In this document: in pieces, positions 9,788 through 19,739 of the stretch | Layout: the number at the start of each line of letters is the position of its first letter | How positions within the stretch are numbered: position 1 is the stretch's first letter | DNA from: a virus | DNA: 64,000 bases | IMG/VR virus record: IMGVR_UViG_3300037483_001670 | Coordinates: 64,001-128,000 of that record | Direction: 5' to 3' (one strand) | Notes under the pieces: generated by a model | The model's input: the letters and a program-made list of their open reading frames with translations, nothing else | The model's database searches: none | Told to the model about the DNA's origin: nothing | Made by a program: the position numbers and the translations under genes

Positions 9788-10239
9788 GCCAATACACGCG
9801 CACGTTTCAGGTGATGGCCTACCGGGAGCTCGTTCCCGGCGCGGATCGCTTTTCCGTCAACACCACGTCGCCGGTGTCGCGACGGGTGGTGCCGAAAAGG
9901 CCCACCTTCGTGGCCGGCGCCACGGCGCGCGTCGCGGCCGAGCCCGCAGCAACGCGCTTCGGCGTCCACGTCTCCGATCTCGAGCTGAAACCGATCGATG
10001 TGCCGCCGGGCTGGACCCCGCCCGAGGGCGGTGAGCTCTTGACCGAAATCCCGATCGGCGCGACGGCGGACGCCGGCGAGCTCAGCGAGGCCGATATGGA
10101 GCGAATCCGCGAAGAGGCCTACAAGAAGCTGCAACCCAAGGAGACGGCAGAGGAGAGCGTCCCGTCCGATCCGAGCGAGGTACCTGGCTTTATCACTCGA
10201 CGAACAGCGAACGGCGCTCCAAAGGGCAAGAAACGATGA
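9784..10239 (+). CDS. hypothetical protein
   Basis: Translationally coupled within the operon; TTG start uncertain. Confidence 0.5.
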   Translation: MSQYTRTFQVMAYRELVPGADRFSVNTTSPVSRRVVPKRPTFVAGATARVAAEPAATRFGVHVSDLELKPIDVPPGWTPPEGGELLTEIPIGATADAGELSEADMERIREEAYKKLQPKETAEESVPSDPSEVPGFITRRTANGAPKGKKR

Positions 10240-10484
10240 TTGCGTACCATCCCGATCCCGACATCAACGCGGGCGTGGCTGCGGACGTGCTCGCCGCCGA
10301 GCTCGTCGACCTCCGCACCGGCTACCCGCCGCGTCGCTGGGCGTGCCCGTGCGGCGCGAGCCACTCGAGGGGCCATTTCCAGGCCATCGGGCAGCACCGC
10401 TGCCTTCACTGCGGCTACGTCGGCGAGGGCGGCGTCATGTGGGACTCCGAGAGCGAAGCCGCTCCGACGGGGAGCGCCGCATGA
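10236..10484 (+). CDS. small Cys/His-rich hypothetical protein
   Basis: CPCG...HRCLHCG; coupled overlaps on both sides. Confidence 0.55.
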   Translation: MIAYHPDPDINAGVAADVLAAELVDLRTGYPPRRWACPCGASHSRGHFQAIGQHRCLHCGYVGEGGVMWDSESEAAPTGSAA

Positions 10485-11119
10485 ACATCGCCATTCTCTA
10501 CGGTCACCTCGGTGCCGATCCGGAGCTGCGCTACACGCAGGCCGGTCAAGCCGTGCTCAACATGCGCCTCGCGACGTCCGAGAAGTTCAAGTCCCGCAAC
10601 AGCGACCAGCGGGAGGAGCGCACCGACTGGCACAACATCGTCGTCTGGGGCAAACGCGCCGAAGGGCTCGCCAAGCATCTCAGCAAGGGCTCGGCGATCA
10701 TTGTGCGTGGCGCGATCCGGACCTCGAGCTACGAGGACAAGGAAGGCGTCAAGAAGTACAAAACGGACATCGTCGTTACCAGGCCCGGCGATGACATTCA
10801 GTTCGCCGGCAAGCGGCAGGGCGGCGGGGGCGGCGACCGAGACGACGATCGGCGCAGCAACAACAGCGGGGGGAACCGCAGCGGTGGCAACAGCGGCTCG
10901 GGAGGTGGCGGGGACAGGCGGCAGCAGGCGAAAGACAGCCCACCTTCCGACTACGACCCTGAAGCCGACCTGGGAGGTGGAGACGACGACGATATCCCTT
11001 TTGACCTTCCCCATGATGCGGTAGCCTCCGCGTCATGGGGAAAGACAAGAGGCCGAGAAAGCGGTGCTTCAAATGTGGCAAACGTCGGCTGCTCAAGTAT
11101 TTCTACAAGCATCCAATGA
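10481..11119 (+). CDS. ssb: single-stranded DNA-binding protein (reads through its DDIPF tail)
   Basis: MNIAILYGHLGADPELRYT, ERTDWHNIVVWG, Gly-rich linker, DDDDIPF. Confidence 0.95.
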   Translation: MNIAILYGHLGADPELRYTQAGQAVLNMRLATSEKFKSRNSDQREERTDWHNIVVWGKRAEGLAKHLSKGSAIIVRGAIRTSSYEDKEGVKKYKTDIVVTRPGDDIQFAGKRQGGGGGDRDDDRRSNNSGGNRSGGNSGSGGGGDRRQQAKDSPPSDYDPEADLGGGDDDDIPFDLPHDAVASASWGKTRGRESGASNVANVGCSSISTSIQ

Positions 11120-11478
11120 TGGCCGATCGCCATCTCAACAAGTGCGTCGACTGTGCCAAGCGCGACGTAAGACAGAACTACCGTGACAAGATCGAAGAGA
11201 AGCACGCCTACGACAAGAAACGTTCGCGACGTCCGGAGCGTCGAGCGTACGCGCGCGAGGCGCTCCGGCGACATCGACAGCGCAATCCGCTCAAATACAA
11301 GGCACGCAACGCGGTCAACAACGCTCTTCGCGACGGACGATTGCGCCGGCAGGGTTGCGAAATCAAAGGCTGTGGCAAGCGGGCACAGGCGCGTCACGAG
11401 GATTACCATCGACCCCTCGATGTCAGGTGGCGCTGCTTTCAGCATCACCGCGAACTGCACGGACAGGAGCCGTCGTGA
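11035..11478 (+). CDS. Zn-binding HNH-like phage protein
   Basis: CFKCG..FYKH...LNKCVDC; CEIKGC..AQARHEDYHRPLDVRWRCFQHH. Confidence 0.65.
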   Translation: MGKDKRPRKRCFKCGKRRLLKYFYKHPMMADRHLNKCVDCAKRDVRQNYRDKIEEKHAYDKKRSRRPERRAYAREALRRHRQRNPLKYKARNAVNNALRDGRLRRQGCEIKGCGKRAQARHEDYHRPLDVRWRCFQHHRELHGQEPS

Positions 11479-13499
11479 GGCTGGTTAGCGTAACCATTGA
11501 CGGCATGCGCGGCATCGCGCACGAACGCATCGCGCTCGGGCCGGTGACGCTCTTCACGGGGTACAACGGCACGGGCAAGACCGCAGCTGTCGGCGCCGTC
11601 GCGTACGCGCTCACGGGCCGCTTCCCTGGCCTCCTCGCGGTGCACCCGGGCGACCTCCTCGCGCTCGCCAACGACCCGCGGCGCGGCTTTCGCGTCCGAA
11701 TCGAGGCCGACGACGGAACCGAGGTCGAGCGCGGCGTGGACGTCACTTTCGAAGCCAGCACGGGCACCGACAAGCCCGAGCACCGGTTCCTCGTCGGCCG
11801 CCCGGGCGGCCATCCGGCCAAGAGCAAGGCCGCGGAAGGACTCCTCCGCACGCTGTTTGGCGACGTCGCGTGGTTCGTGGAGGCGTTCGACCCCGAGCGC
11901 TCGATCTGGCGGCTCTCCGGCGAGAAGCGCAAGGAGTGGGCGTTGAACCTGTGCGCGGGCTCGAGCGGTTGGTCGCGCGAGCGGCTTCTGGGCGAAATTG
12001 GGAAAAAGTCCGACGACTGGAATCCGGAGCTCGGGCGCGACGCGGGAACCTGCCTCGAGCTCAATTTGGACAATCTGTCCGAGCGGTTAAAAGATCTCCA
12101 GCGGCTCGTACGCGAAGCGAACACGGTCGCCGAGGGGGTTACGGTCGGGGAAGGTCTGGGGATAATTACGCAGCGCGTCACAAGCTGCGAGACCGACTAC
12201 GAAAACGCGCGTCAAAAGCTCCAGGTGCTCGGGAAGAGCCTCAGTGACGCCAAGGCCGAGCAGACCTCGATCGACCATGTCCGCAAGGAACGCGCCCGCC
12301 TCACGCAAGCGGCGGCCGACGCGCGCGCCGAGCTCGCGAAGCTCCTGCCGCCCAAGTCGCCCAACCAAACCGAGATGCTCATGCTGGTGATGCAGCTCGA
12401 GGCCGCCGAAATACGGCTCTTCAGCTTGCAGGTCGAGCTCGAGGACTACGACGCGGTGGCCGAGTCGGCTCGTGCCGCCCGCGGGGCCGCGGAGGCGGAG
12501 CTCGACTCGCTGAAGAAGCTCGCGACCGAGCACGCGTGTCCGACCTGCGGCGCGCCGGCCCCGAGTCCTCTGGCGCTCGGTGCGATGATCGGGGCAGCGG
12601 AAGCACGCGTCGCCGCGACTGAGCAGATCTGGGCACCCGCGGAAAAGAACCGCGTCGCCGCACAGGCGAGCTACGACGCGCTTGAGCAGGAAATCCAGGG
12701 CTTTCGGACGGCCAGGGCGGTCCATGAGCACGCGGCCGCTTCGTTCGTCGAGCGCGAGGTGCAATTCGCCTCCACGTGGCAAACCGTGCTGCGCAACGTT
12801 CAATCGATCGAGGACCAGCTCGGCAAACTGCCCGCCGACCGCGCGGACATGCCAAGTCTGGTCCTTCTCGCCACCGACGTGACCACGCAAGAGGACAAAC
12901 TCGGCCCTCTGAAAACGGCCCTCGCCAAGGCCCGCGCCGAGCTCGGGGTAGCCCAGGAACGCGCCGGCCAGCTCAAGTCGGCCGAGGACGCCACAGCGCG
13001 CATCGAAACCGTCAAGGCGCTCCTAGCAAAGCTCCGCACTGTGCGCGACCGCATGCTCGACGACGCCACCCGCCCGCTGTCCGACGCCCTCGATCAGCTC
13101 CGCGATCTCGCGCCGCAAAATGGCCGCTGGACCCTCCACCGCAAGGACAAAACCATCGACGTCTGTCTGGCCAGTAGCCGCAACCAGTACCTCATGGAGG
13201 TGCCGGTCACCGCCCTCTCGGCCGGCGAGCGGATGCGCGGCACGATCGCCCTTCTCGTTGCCCGATCAATGGTCAAGCGCGAGCCGTGCTGTCTCCTCTT
13301 CATCGACAATTTCGAGCAGATTCACCCCGATTCCGAGCGGGTCAAGGTGCTCCAAGCGCTGGCGCGAACCGTCCGCATGGGGTTCGTTGACAACGTGCTC
13401 GTGGCTGCCGCCTGCGACACCATCGACAGTCAGGAGATCGACGGCGTGGCGGTCTACGAGCGCACCCGCGACGAGCCGAGCGCGAGGACCGGAACGTGA
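11475..13499 (+). CDS. SMC/SbcC/Rad50-like ATPase
   Basis: Walker A GYNGTGKT, coiled coil with CPTCG hook, LSAGE signature, Walker B LLFID. Confidence 0.88.
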   Translation: MRLVSVTIDGMRGIAHERIALGPVTLFTGYNGTGKTAAVGAVAYALTGRFPGLLAVHPGDLLALANDPRRGFRVRIEADDGTEVERGVDVTFEASTGTDKPEHRFLVGRPGGHPAKSKAAEGLLRTLFGDVAWFVEAFDPERSIWRLSGEKRKEWALNLCAGSSGWSRERLLGEIGKKSDDWNPELGRDAGTCLELNLDNLSERLKDLQRLVREANTVAEGVTVGEGLGIITQRVTSCETDYENARQKLQVLGKSLSDAKAEQTSIDHVRKERARLTQAAADARAELAKLLPPKSPNQTEMLMLVMQLEAAEIRLFSLQVELEDYDAVAESARAARGAAEAELDSLKKLATEHACPTCGAPAPSPLALGAMIGAAEARVAATEQIWAPAEKNRVAAQASYDALEQEIQGFRTARAVHEHAAASFVEREVQFASTWQTVLRNVQSIEDQLGKLPADRADMPSLVLLATDVTTQEDKLGPLKTALAKARAELGVAQERAGQLKSAEDATARIETVKALLAKLRTVRDRMLDDATRPLSDALDQLRDLAPQNGRWTLHRKDKTIDVCLASSRNQYLMEVPVTALSAGERMRGTIALLVARSMVKREPCCLLFIDNFEQIHPDSERVKVLQALARTVRMGFVDNVLVAAACDTIDSQEIDGVAVYERTRDEPSARTGT

Positions 13500-13530
13500 G
13501 CCGGGCCCTCATTTGTGGGACATTTCGGAC

Positions 13531-13794
13531 ATGACCACCGAACACACCTTCCCTCCCCTGTCGCACGACCCGCTGAACGACGCCGGCATTAAGCTCGCGC
13601 AGTCGATCGAGCAGGCCTGCACGAAGGACGGTATCCGGTTCGAGGGCATCTGGTGCAGCTGCTCCGACTGCCAGCACCGCATGGCCCTCGTGCGCTCGAG
13701 CGTGCCGACCGCTGCCAACGACTCGATCGAGACCCTTCAGCGCGTCTGCTTCATCTATTGGCGCACCTTCCGCCGCAAGGCCGCACTCGCGTGA
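13531..13794 (+). CDS. hypothetical protein
   Basis: WCSCSDC motif; lies within the operon. Confidence 0.45.
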   Translation: MTTEHTFPPLSHDPLNDAGIKLAQSIEQACTKDGIRFEGIWCSCSDCQHRMALVRSSVPTAANDSIETLQRVCFIYWRTFRRKAALA

Positions 13795-13798
13795 CCCC

Positions 13799-14428
13799 AT
13801 GCAATTCACTCTCCCTACTGGCGAGGTCGCGTTCGTTTGCAAGAGCGCCGAGACGGACCCCGCTCAAGGCCTTGTCGTCGAGGAGACCGATATGACGCAG
13901 CCGACGCCGTTGCACGAAAAGACCTGGCTCGAAGAAAACCCGGACCGAGCGCAGATCTTTGAGGCGCTCCGAAGTCAGCTGCGCAGGCTCGTCGATGCCA
14001 TGGACGTGGGACCGCGTGCCCTCACCCAAATCGAACAGACTGCACGCCTTGGGCGCGAGCTCCTCGCCGTCGGAAAAGACCCGAATAGCATCGGCGCGAT
14101 CATGATGGCCAGCCAGGGCTACAACACGATGCAGGGCGCTGAGACCATCGGCATCGGAGACGGTTACGCGGCTACCGCGACGAGCGCGCCGGCCGAGACG
14201 TTCGGCACGTCGCTGATTCGCGAGCTCGTGGGTGCCATCGGCACCATCATGGCGCCGCGCGACCCCTCTCCGCCCACCGCGTACCCGCCGATGCTCTCCG
14301 AGCTTGTGCTCGCGATCGACGTCGCTCGCGCGAAGGGAATGACCGAGCTGGTCGAAAAGCTCGAGGCGCAGCTCCTGGCGCGGGCAGCGCCAGAGGAAGA
14401 CGAACCGAAAGGAGAGGTAGCGGCATGA
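13799..14428 (+). CDS. hypothetical protein
   Basis: Protein-like composition; coupled to the next gene. Confidence 0.55.
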   Translation: MQFTLPTGEVAFVCKSAETDPAQGLVVEETDMTQPTPLHEKTWLEENPDRAQIFEALRSQLRRLVDAMDVGPRALTQIEQTARLGRELLAVGKDPNSIGAIMMASQGYNTMQGAETIGIGDGYAATATSAPAETFGTSLIRELVGAIGTIMAPRDPSPPTAYPPMLSELVLAIDVARAKGMTELVEKLEAQLLARAAPEEDEPKGEVAA

Positions 14429-15399
14429 AGTGGTACATCCCCAGCTGGAACGGCGATCTCCGGCTCACGCCGAGCGCCAAGAACGATGACCACACGACGC
14501 TGACGATTCACCAGCCGACGCTCGCCGAGCGCCAGCTACTCGTGCAAATGGGCCGGGCGTTCGAAAAGCGAGGTTGGGTGCCGAGCTGGAAAGACCCGAA
14601 ACCGCAAAAGCTCTTCGGTCGTCCGACCAAGATCGAGCTCCGCGCGCCCCTCGACGAAGTCGGTCCGGTCGTGTCGAAGATCATGCGGCCCGGCAAAGCC
14701 GTGCTGACGGCGATCACGTTCATCGACGGACGCGTCGAAACGTGCAGCGGCTCGGAAGCCGATCTCGCGGAGCTCGCGAAGGGGGCGACCGCGGCACCCG
14801 AGGACAGCGCGCCCCGGGCGGCCGCGACCATAAAACGACCCACCCCCTCTTGCCCGCAGTGCATCCCGGGCGCCATCCTCCCTGCGTCGGAGGTGCTCCT
14901 CACATTCTTGTCACCTGAGCAGCACGCAAGCTGGGCACGTACGCGCTCGATCGTCGTCACCGGCGGCCTTTCCAAGCACCGCTACATCATCGCGCACCGG
15001 CACTCGCCGATCGCTCGGCGCTTCGGCCGCATCTGCTACGACTTCGATTCCAACATGGTCGTGCATTTTCACGACTGGACCGTGCCTCCCGAAGAAGAAG
15101 TGCTTGCCGCCAAGCTCATTTTGGAGCACCGCGAACCGTGGCTTCGCAACGAGGCCACGATGCTCTTGGACTTCGGCATCCTCGACACCTGCGGCGTCCA
15201 ACGGATCGTCCAGCGCGACCTGCGCGACCGGCAGCCAGTGTACAAAAACCCTTTCGGCGACGTGATGGACGGCGTCGCCGATGCCAACATGGCCCGCCGC
15301 GTCGGCGAGGCGGCGCTGCGACTCTTCGGGTCCGGTATCCAAGGGCCACCGGAGCAAAAGGCGACTCCGTCGACCGTTGCCCCGAAGGAGGTCCCGTGA
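14425..15399 (+). CDS. hypothetical protein
   Basis: GGAGAGG RBS, ATGA overlap, CPQC motif. Confidence 0.65.
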   Translation: MKWYIPSWNGDLRLTPSAKNDDHTTLTIHQPTLAERQLLVQMGRAFEKRGWVPSWKDPKPQKLFGRPTKIELRAPLDEVGPVVSKIMRPGKAVLTAITFIDGRVETCSGSEADLAELAKGATAAPEDSAPRAAATIKRPTPSCPQCIPGAILPASEVLLTFLSPEQHASWARTRSIVVTGGLSKHRYIIAHRHSPIARRFGRICYDFDSNMVVHFHDWTVPPEEEVLAAKLILEHREPWLRNEATMLLDFGILDTCGVQRIVQRDLRDRQPVYKNPFGDVMDGVADANMARRVGEAALRLFGSGIQGPPEQKATPSTVAPKEVP

Positions 15400-17225
15400 G
15401 CCTGTACATCGCGAAAAAGAAGGACTCGCTCGTCCTCCCGGATTCGACGGTCACCGAAAAGTTCGGAATCGTCGGGGCGAGCGGCTACGGCAAAACGCAC
15501 CTCGCCACCGTGCTGCTCGAGGAGATGCTCGAACAGCGGTTGCCGGTGGCCGTCATCGATCCCGAGGGCGTCTTCTGGGGCCTCGGGTCAAGCATCGACG
15601 GCAAGTCCCCCGGCTACAAGGTCATCGTTTTAGGAGGCAGCCACGGCAACCTCGACCTGAAACCGACCTCCGGGACCGCCATGGCCGAGCTCGTCGTCCG
15701 TACCCGGCAGCCGATGATCTTCGATCTCTCCAACTTCGACGACGAAGACGATGAAGCGCTGTTCGTGGCCGCCTTCGCGCAGACGCTCTACCAACGCAAC
15801 GGGATCGAGCGCCGTCCGATTCATCTCTACTGTGACGAGATCGACAAGTTCGCGCCCGAGCAGCCCATGTCGAAGGCCCAAATCGCTTCGACCAAAGCGC
15901 TCAAGAACGTCTTTCAGCGCGGCCGCGGGCGCGGCATCGGAGCCACCGCCATCACGCAGCGCCCGGCCGTCGTCAAGAAGGACATCCTCTACCAGGTACG
16001 TTGCCTCGTGACGTTCAATTTGCCTGGCCCGCTCGATCAGGACGCGATCTCGCGCTGGATGATCAAGCCGGCCAACATCGACAAGAAGGAGCGCGATCAC
16101 TTCTTGAGCACGCTCCCCAAGCTTCAGCGCGGGCATGCGTGGCTCTGGAGTCCGGCGTGGCTCAACGTGATGCAGCAAGTGGTCGTGCGCGAGCGCCGCA
16201 CGTTCGACTCGAGCAAGACCCCCGAGGTCGGCGCCAGCATGCTCACGCCGGTTCGGCAGGAAATCGATCTCGAAGCCATTCGCAGCATCATGGCCGAGCT
16301 CGTCGACCGCAACGAGCAAGACGATCCGACGACGCTCCGCGCGCGCGTTCGCGAGCTCGAGACCAAGCTAGCGACTCAGCCGAGCGCCCCCGCGCCGGCG
16401 CCCATCGTGAACAACGAGGACATGCGGTCGCTGTATGAGGCGCACACCGACGTCGTCAACATCGGAAACGTGGTGAGCAAGTTGGCCGGTGAGCTAGCGG
16501 TCTTGCACGACAAAATCGGCACGCTGCACCAGACCATTTCCGGCCGGATGGGAGGACAACCGATCGCAAAGATTCACTACCTCAACGAGGCCCACGAGCT
16601 TCCCCGTACGACCAAGGCGGCCGCGCGCCGCGAGCGGCGCGTCACGGCTGCGCCGACTGACAACAGCGGAGCTCGCGAAAAGTCGACGTCGAAGGTTGCT
16701 GCCGTTCCCGAGGAGCTCAAGGTGTTCCGCAAGGGCGAGCGCGACATGCTCATCACGCTCTACGACTTCGGCGGCCACCTTTCCCGCAGGCAGCTTGGCA
16801 CGATGGTCGGCATCAAACCGAAGGGCTCCACGATGGGCACGTACCTGACGACCCTGAAAAGCAACGCGGTCGCCACCTACACCATGGTCGACGTAACTTT
16901 GACGGACACCGGCAAGACGCTCCTCGCGAGGGTCTTGAACCGCAAACCGATGCCGCACAAACAGGACCAGCTCCTCGAAATCTGGCGCAAGAAGCTCCGG
17001 AAGGGCGAGCGCGACATCCTCGACACCGTCGTGCAAGCGCCGAACGGCATCACACGCAAAGACATGGCCGAAAAGCTCGACATCGCTCCGGACGGCTCCA
17101 CGATCGGCACGTACCTCTCCACGCTGCGTTCGAACGCTCTCATCAACGACGACGGCGAGCTGCTCACGATCGGCGACGCCCTGGCCATCTCTCGGGCGCC
17201 TCGGCGGCGCGCCAGCAACGCGTAA
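15396..17225 (+). CDS. HerA/DUF87-like P-loop ATPase with tandem C-terminal wHTH repeats
   Basis: GASGYGKT, VIDPEG, LYCDE, RGRGRGIG, TQRP; two RKGERD..GST.GTYL.TL.SN repeats. Confidence 0.8.
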   Translation: MSLYIAKKKDSLVLPDSTVTEKFGIVGASGYGKTHLATVLLEEMLEQRLPVAVIDPEGVFWGLGSSIDGKSPGYKVIVLGGSHGNLDLKPTSGTAMAELVVRTRQPMIFDLSNFDDEDDEALFVAAFAQTLYQRNGIERRPIHLYCDEIDKFAPEQPMSKAQIASTKALKNVFQRGRGRGIGATAITQRPAVVKKDILYQVRCLVTFNLPGPLDQDAISRWMIKPANIDKKERDHFLSTLPKLQRGHAWLWSPAWLNVMQQVVVRERRTFDSSKTPEVGASMLTPVRQEIDLEAIRSIMAELVDRNEQDDPTTLRARVRELETKLATQPSAPAPAPIVNNEDMRSLYEAHTDVVNIGNVVSKLAGELAVLHDKIGTLHQTISGRMGGQPIAKIHYLNEAHELPRTTKAAARRERRVTAAPTDNSGAREKSTSKVAAVPEELKVFRKGERDMLITLYDFGGHLSRRQLGTMVGIKPKGSTMGTYLTTLKSNAVATYTMVDVTLTDTGKTLLARVLNRKPMPHKQDQLLEIWRKKLRKGERDILDTVVQAPNGITRKDMAEKLDIAPDGSTIGTYLSTLRSNALINDDGELLTIGDALAISRAPRRRASNA

Positions 17226-17235
17226 AGGAGACGGC

Positions 17236-17931
17236 ATGACAACACCGGAAGAAGAGCAAGCGCCGCAGGAGGATCGACAGCGGTCCGTCTCCGACAGAGA
17301 TCTCACGCTCTTGCGGGCCAAGTACCCTGGCTATTCGGCGTTCAAAGTAGCCTCTGGCGACCAAGTCCACCCCGACACGAACTGGCACGCATGGGTGGTG
17401 CTCGACGTCTTCGCGGAAGACGAGCTCTTGGTCGTCATCGACGAGGCTCCGGTCTCGAAAAGCTTGTCCCCGCATCGGCTCGCCATCGATTCCACGAGCA
17501 CGCAGAGCAACTATACCCCCGACAACAACTGGGGAGGGCCCAACAACAACAGCAAAGACATGGGCGTCCGTCGGCACCTGGTGGTGCGGCGCCAGCGGTA
17601 CCTGCTGGGCCAGCTCACGGGGACGGTCGTCGCGCGCCTGACCGAGCAAGTGGAAGCCGACAAGCGCAAGCTCGAGCAAGCCGGAAATGACCGAGTCGCC
17701 GCAGACGCCGCGCTGCGCAAGGCAAACGACGATCTGGGCGCCGCCGAGCGCAAGCTCGAGAAGGAGCAGGACGAACGCACCAAGCAGCAGCACTCGCTTG
17801 ACCAACTCAACGCCGATCTGCGCGGTCGTAGCGTCGAAGTCGCGCTACTGCGTGCCCAAGTGAAAAAATTGAGAGAGCACATCGGGCAACGCGAGTTCGA
17901 CAAACTGTTGGCGGAGGCCTCCAAAAAGTGA
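17236..17931 (+). CDS. coiled-coil hypothetical protein
   Basis: AAAGGAG RBS; heptad-rich C-terminal half. Confidence 0.65.
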   Translation: MTTPEEEQAPQEDRQRSVSDRDLTLLRAKYPGYSAFKVASGDQVHPDTNWHAWVVLDVFAEDELLVVIDEAPVSKSLSPHRLAIDSTSTQSNYTPDNNWGGPNNNSKDMGVRRHLVVRRQRYLLGQLTGTVVARLTEQVEADKRKLEQAGNDRVAADAALRKANDDLGAAERKLEKEQDERTKQQHSLDQLNADLRGRSVEVALLRAQVKKLREHIGQREFDKLLAEASKK

Positions 17932-18088
17932 AACGTACCCCATCGAAGCCGCCGCCCGGCGTCGAAGTCTTGACGCTCGGTCCGCGGCGCAGCGTTCGCT
18001 ACGTGCCCGCGCCACCCGGGCCGAAGACGAAGCAGCACCGACCGCGACCGCCGGGCAACCGGGATCGCCGGTTCCACGGACCGCCCGA

Positions 18089-18985
18089 GTGACCGCAGCC
18101 GCACCGACCGATCCGTCGCCGACCAGCGCTCCGCACCCTTTCCTTAAGTGGGCAGGGAGCAAACGAGCGTCGGCCGCTGCGATCCTCGACGTGCTCCCCG
18201 AGCGCATCGTGAACTATTACGAACCGATGCTCGGCGGGGGAGCCGTCTTCTTTGCCCTCCGCGCCGCGGGGCGCATCGACGGCACCCCGCACCTCACCGA
18301 CATCAACGCCGAGCTCGTCACCACGTTTCGGATCGTGCGCGACGAAATCACGCCGCTGATCCGCGAGCTGTCGCAGCACGCCTACAGCCGCGACGTCTTC
18401 GAGGCCTGGAAAGCGAAGGATCCCACTCTTTTGACCCCGCTCGCCTGCGCCACACGTATGATCTACCTGAACCGGACGTGCTTCAACGGGCTCTACCGGC
18501 TGAACATGGCCGGGCGCTTCAACGTGCCGTTCGGGCGCTACACCAATCCGACCATTTGCCAGTCCGGACCGCTCCAGGAGGCTTCGAACGCGCTCCGCGG
18601 CGCCGCGCTCGCCGTGGGCGACTACCGGGGCACGTACGTTATCCTCGAGCCAACCGAGCCGTGGCTCTTCCAAGAGCCCGCCACCGGCGACGCGGTCTAC
18701 TTCGATCCGCCCTACGTCCCCCTGTCGCACACATCGAACTTCACCAGTTACACCCAAGGGCGGTTCGGTAGGAAGGCACACGAGGCTCTGGCGACGCGGT
18801 TCGCCGAGCTCGCCCAACGGGGCGTCGCCGTGGCCTTGAGCAATTCCGACACCCCATTCACGCGTGAACTGTACCGCGGCTTCCAGGTGCGCAGCATCAT
18901 GGTGCGGCGGGCCATCAACAGCCGAGCCGCCAAGCGTGGCGCCGTCGGTGAAATTCTCGTGACAGCCAACTGTCGCGGCGACTAG
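18089..18985 (+). CDS. dam: Dam-family DNA adenine methyltransferase
   Basis: FLKWAGSK, YYEPMLGGGAVFF, YLNRTCFNGLYR, YFDPPY. Confidence 0.93.
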   Translation: MTAAAPTDPSPTSAPHPFLKWAGSKRASAAAILDVLPERIVNYYEPMLGGGAVFFALRAAGRIDGTPHLTDINAELVTTFRIVRDEITPLIRELSQHAYSRDVFEAWKAKDPTLLTPLACATRMIYLNRTCFNGLYRLNMAGRFNVPFGRYTNPTICQSGPLQEASNALRGAALAVGDYRGTYVILEPTEPWLFQEPATGDAVYFDPPYVPLSHTSNFTSYTQGRFGRKAHEALATRFAELAQRGVAVALSNSDTPFTRELYRGFQVRSIMVRRAINSRAAKRGAVGEILVTANCRGD

Positions 18986-18999
18986 CCAAACTTATGCTA

Positions 19000-19012
19000 G
19001 TACGTTCGTAAC
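19000..19012 (+). promoter_or_regulatory. dyad box
   Basis: GTACGTTCGTAAC 19 nt upstream of the ATG at 19032. Confidence 0.65.
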
Positions 19013-19031
19013 AAAAAAAGGGAGAACAGCC

Positions 19032-19739
19032 ATGACCGAGACAGAGCCGCAGCCCATCTTTTCGGCCGTACGCATGGAGATCGATGTCAGTCCGACCTGG
19101 TGGCCCAAAATCCATCACCGGCGGGGCGGCGCGTTCAGCGTCACGCTCTCCGCGCTCATCCAGATTCTCGACCGTCGAAAGCTCGAGCCGCTCGAGCTCC
19201 GTGCCAACGAAGACAGGATCGTCGTGGTCCTCGCCGTCGGACTCGACGTCGAGCCGGGCGAATACCAGAGCCACGCCGTGCAAATCCGCGCCGCACTCAC
19301 ACTCGCAGTCACGATCGAGCCAGAAGACGACTTTCACATGGATCTCCAGTTTGTAGAGGTGGGCGAGTCCGAGGCCGCTCGGCAGTCGACGACCCGCCGC
19401 GAGCTCGAGGAAGTGCTCCGCAAATGCGGCTTCGTGCAGGGAGCTTCGGCGGCGCTCACCGCTCACAAGTACAAAGAGATCGGCGACAATGACATTTGGA
19501 CACTGCCCACGGGCAGCCGCTGCGTGCAGTTCGACGAGGACACGACGATCGACATGGTCGGCACGGCGCGCTGGATGGACGCGACCGGCGAAAAAATCTA
19601 CACGTTCGACACGATCGTCCAAAATCTCGCCGCGTTGCTTCGAAAGGCCGAAGAGACAAATCCGGTGACCCCGGACGAAAAGTCGGCGGCCGGCATCCTA
19701 CCTGGCAAGGGTAGCGTGAAGGGCGGCATCTTCGCCTAA
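19032..19739 (+). CDS. hypothetical protein
   Basis: GGGAG RBS. Confidence 0.65.
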   Translation: MTETEPQPIFSAVRMEIDVSPTWWPKIHHRRGGAFSVTLSALIQILDRRKLEPLELRANEDRIVVVLAVGLDVEPGEYQSHAVQIRAALTLAVTIEPEDDFHMDLQFVEVGESEAARQSTTRRELEEVLRKCGFVQGASAALTAHKYKEIGDNDIWTLPTGSRCVQFDEDTTIDMVGTARWMDATGEKIYTFDTIVQNLAALLRKAEETNPVTPDEKSAAGILPGKGSVKGGIFA

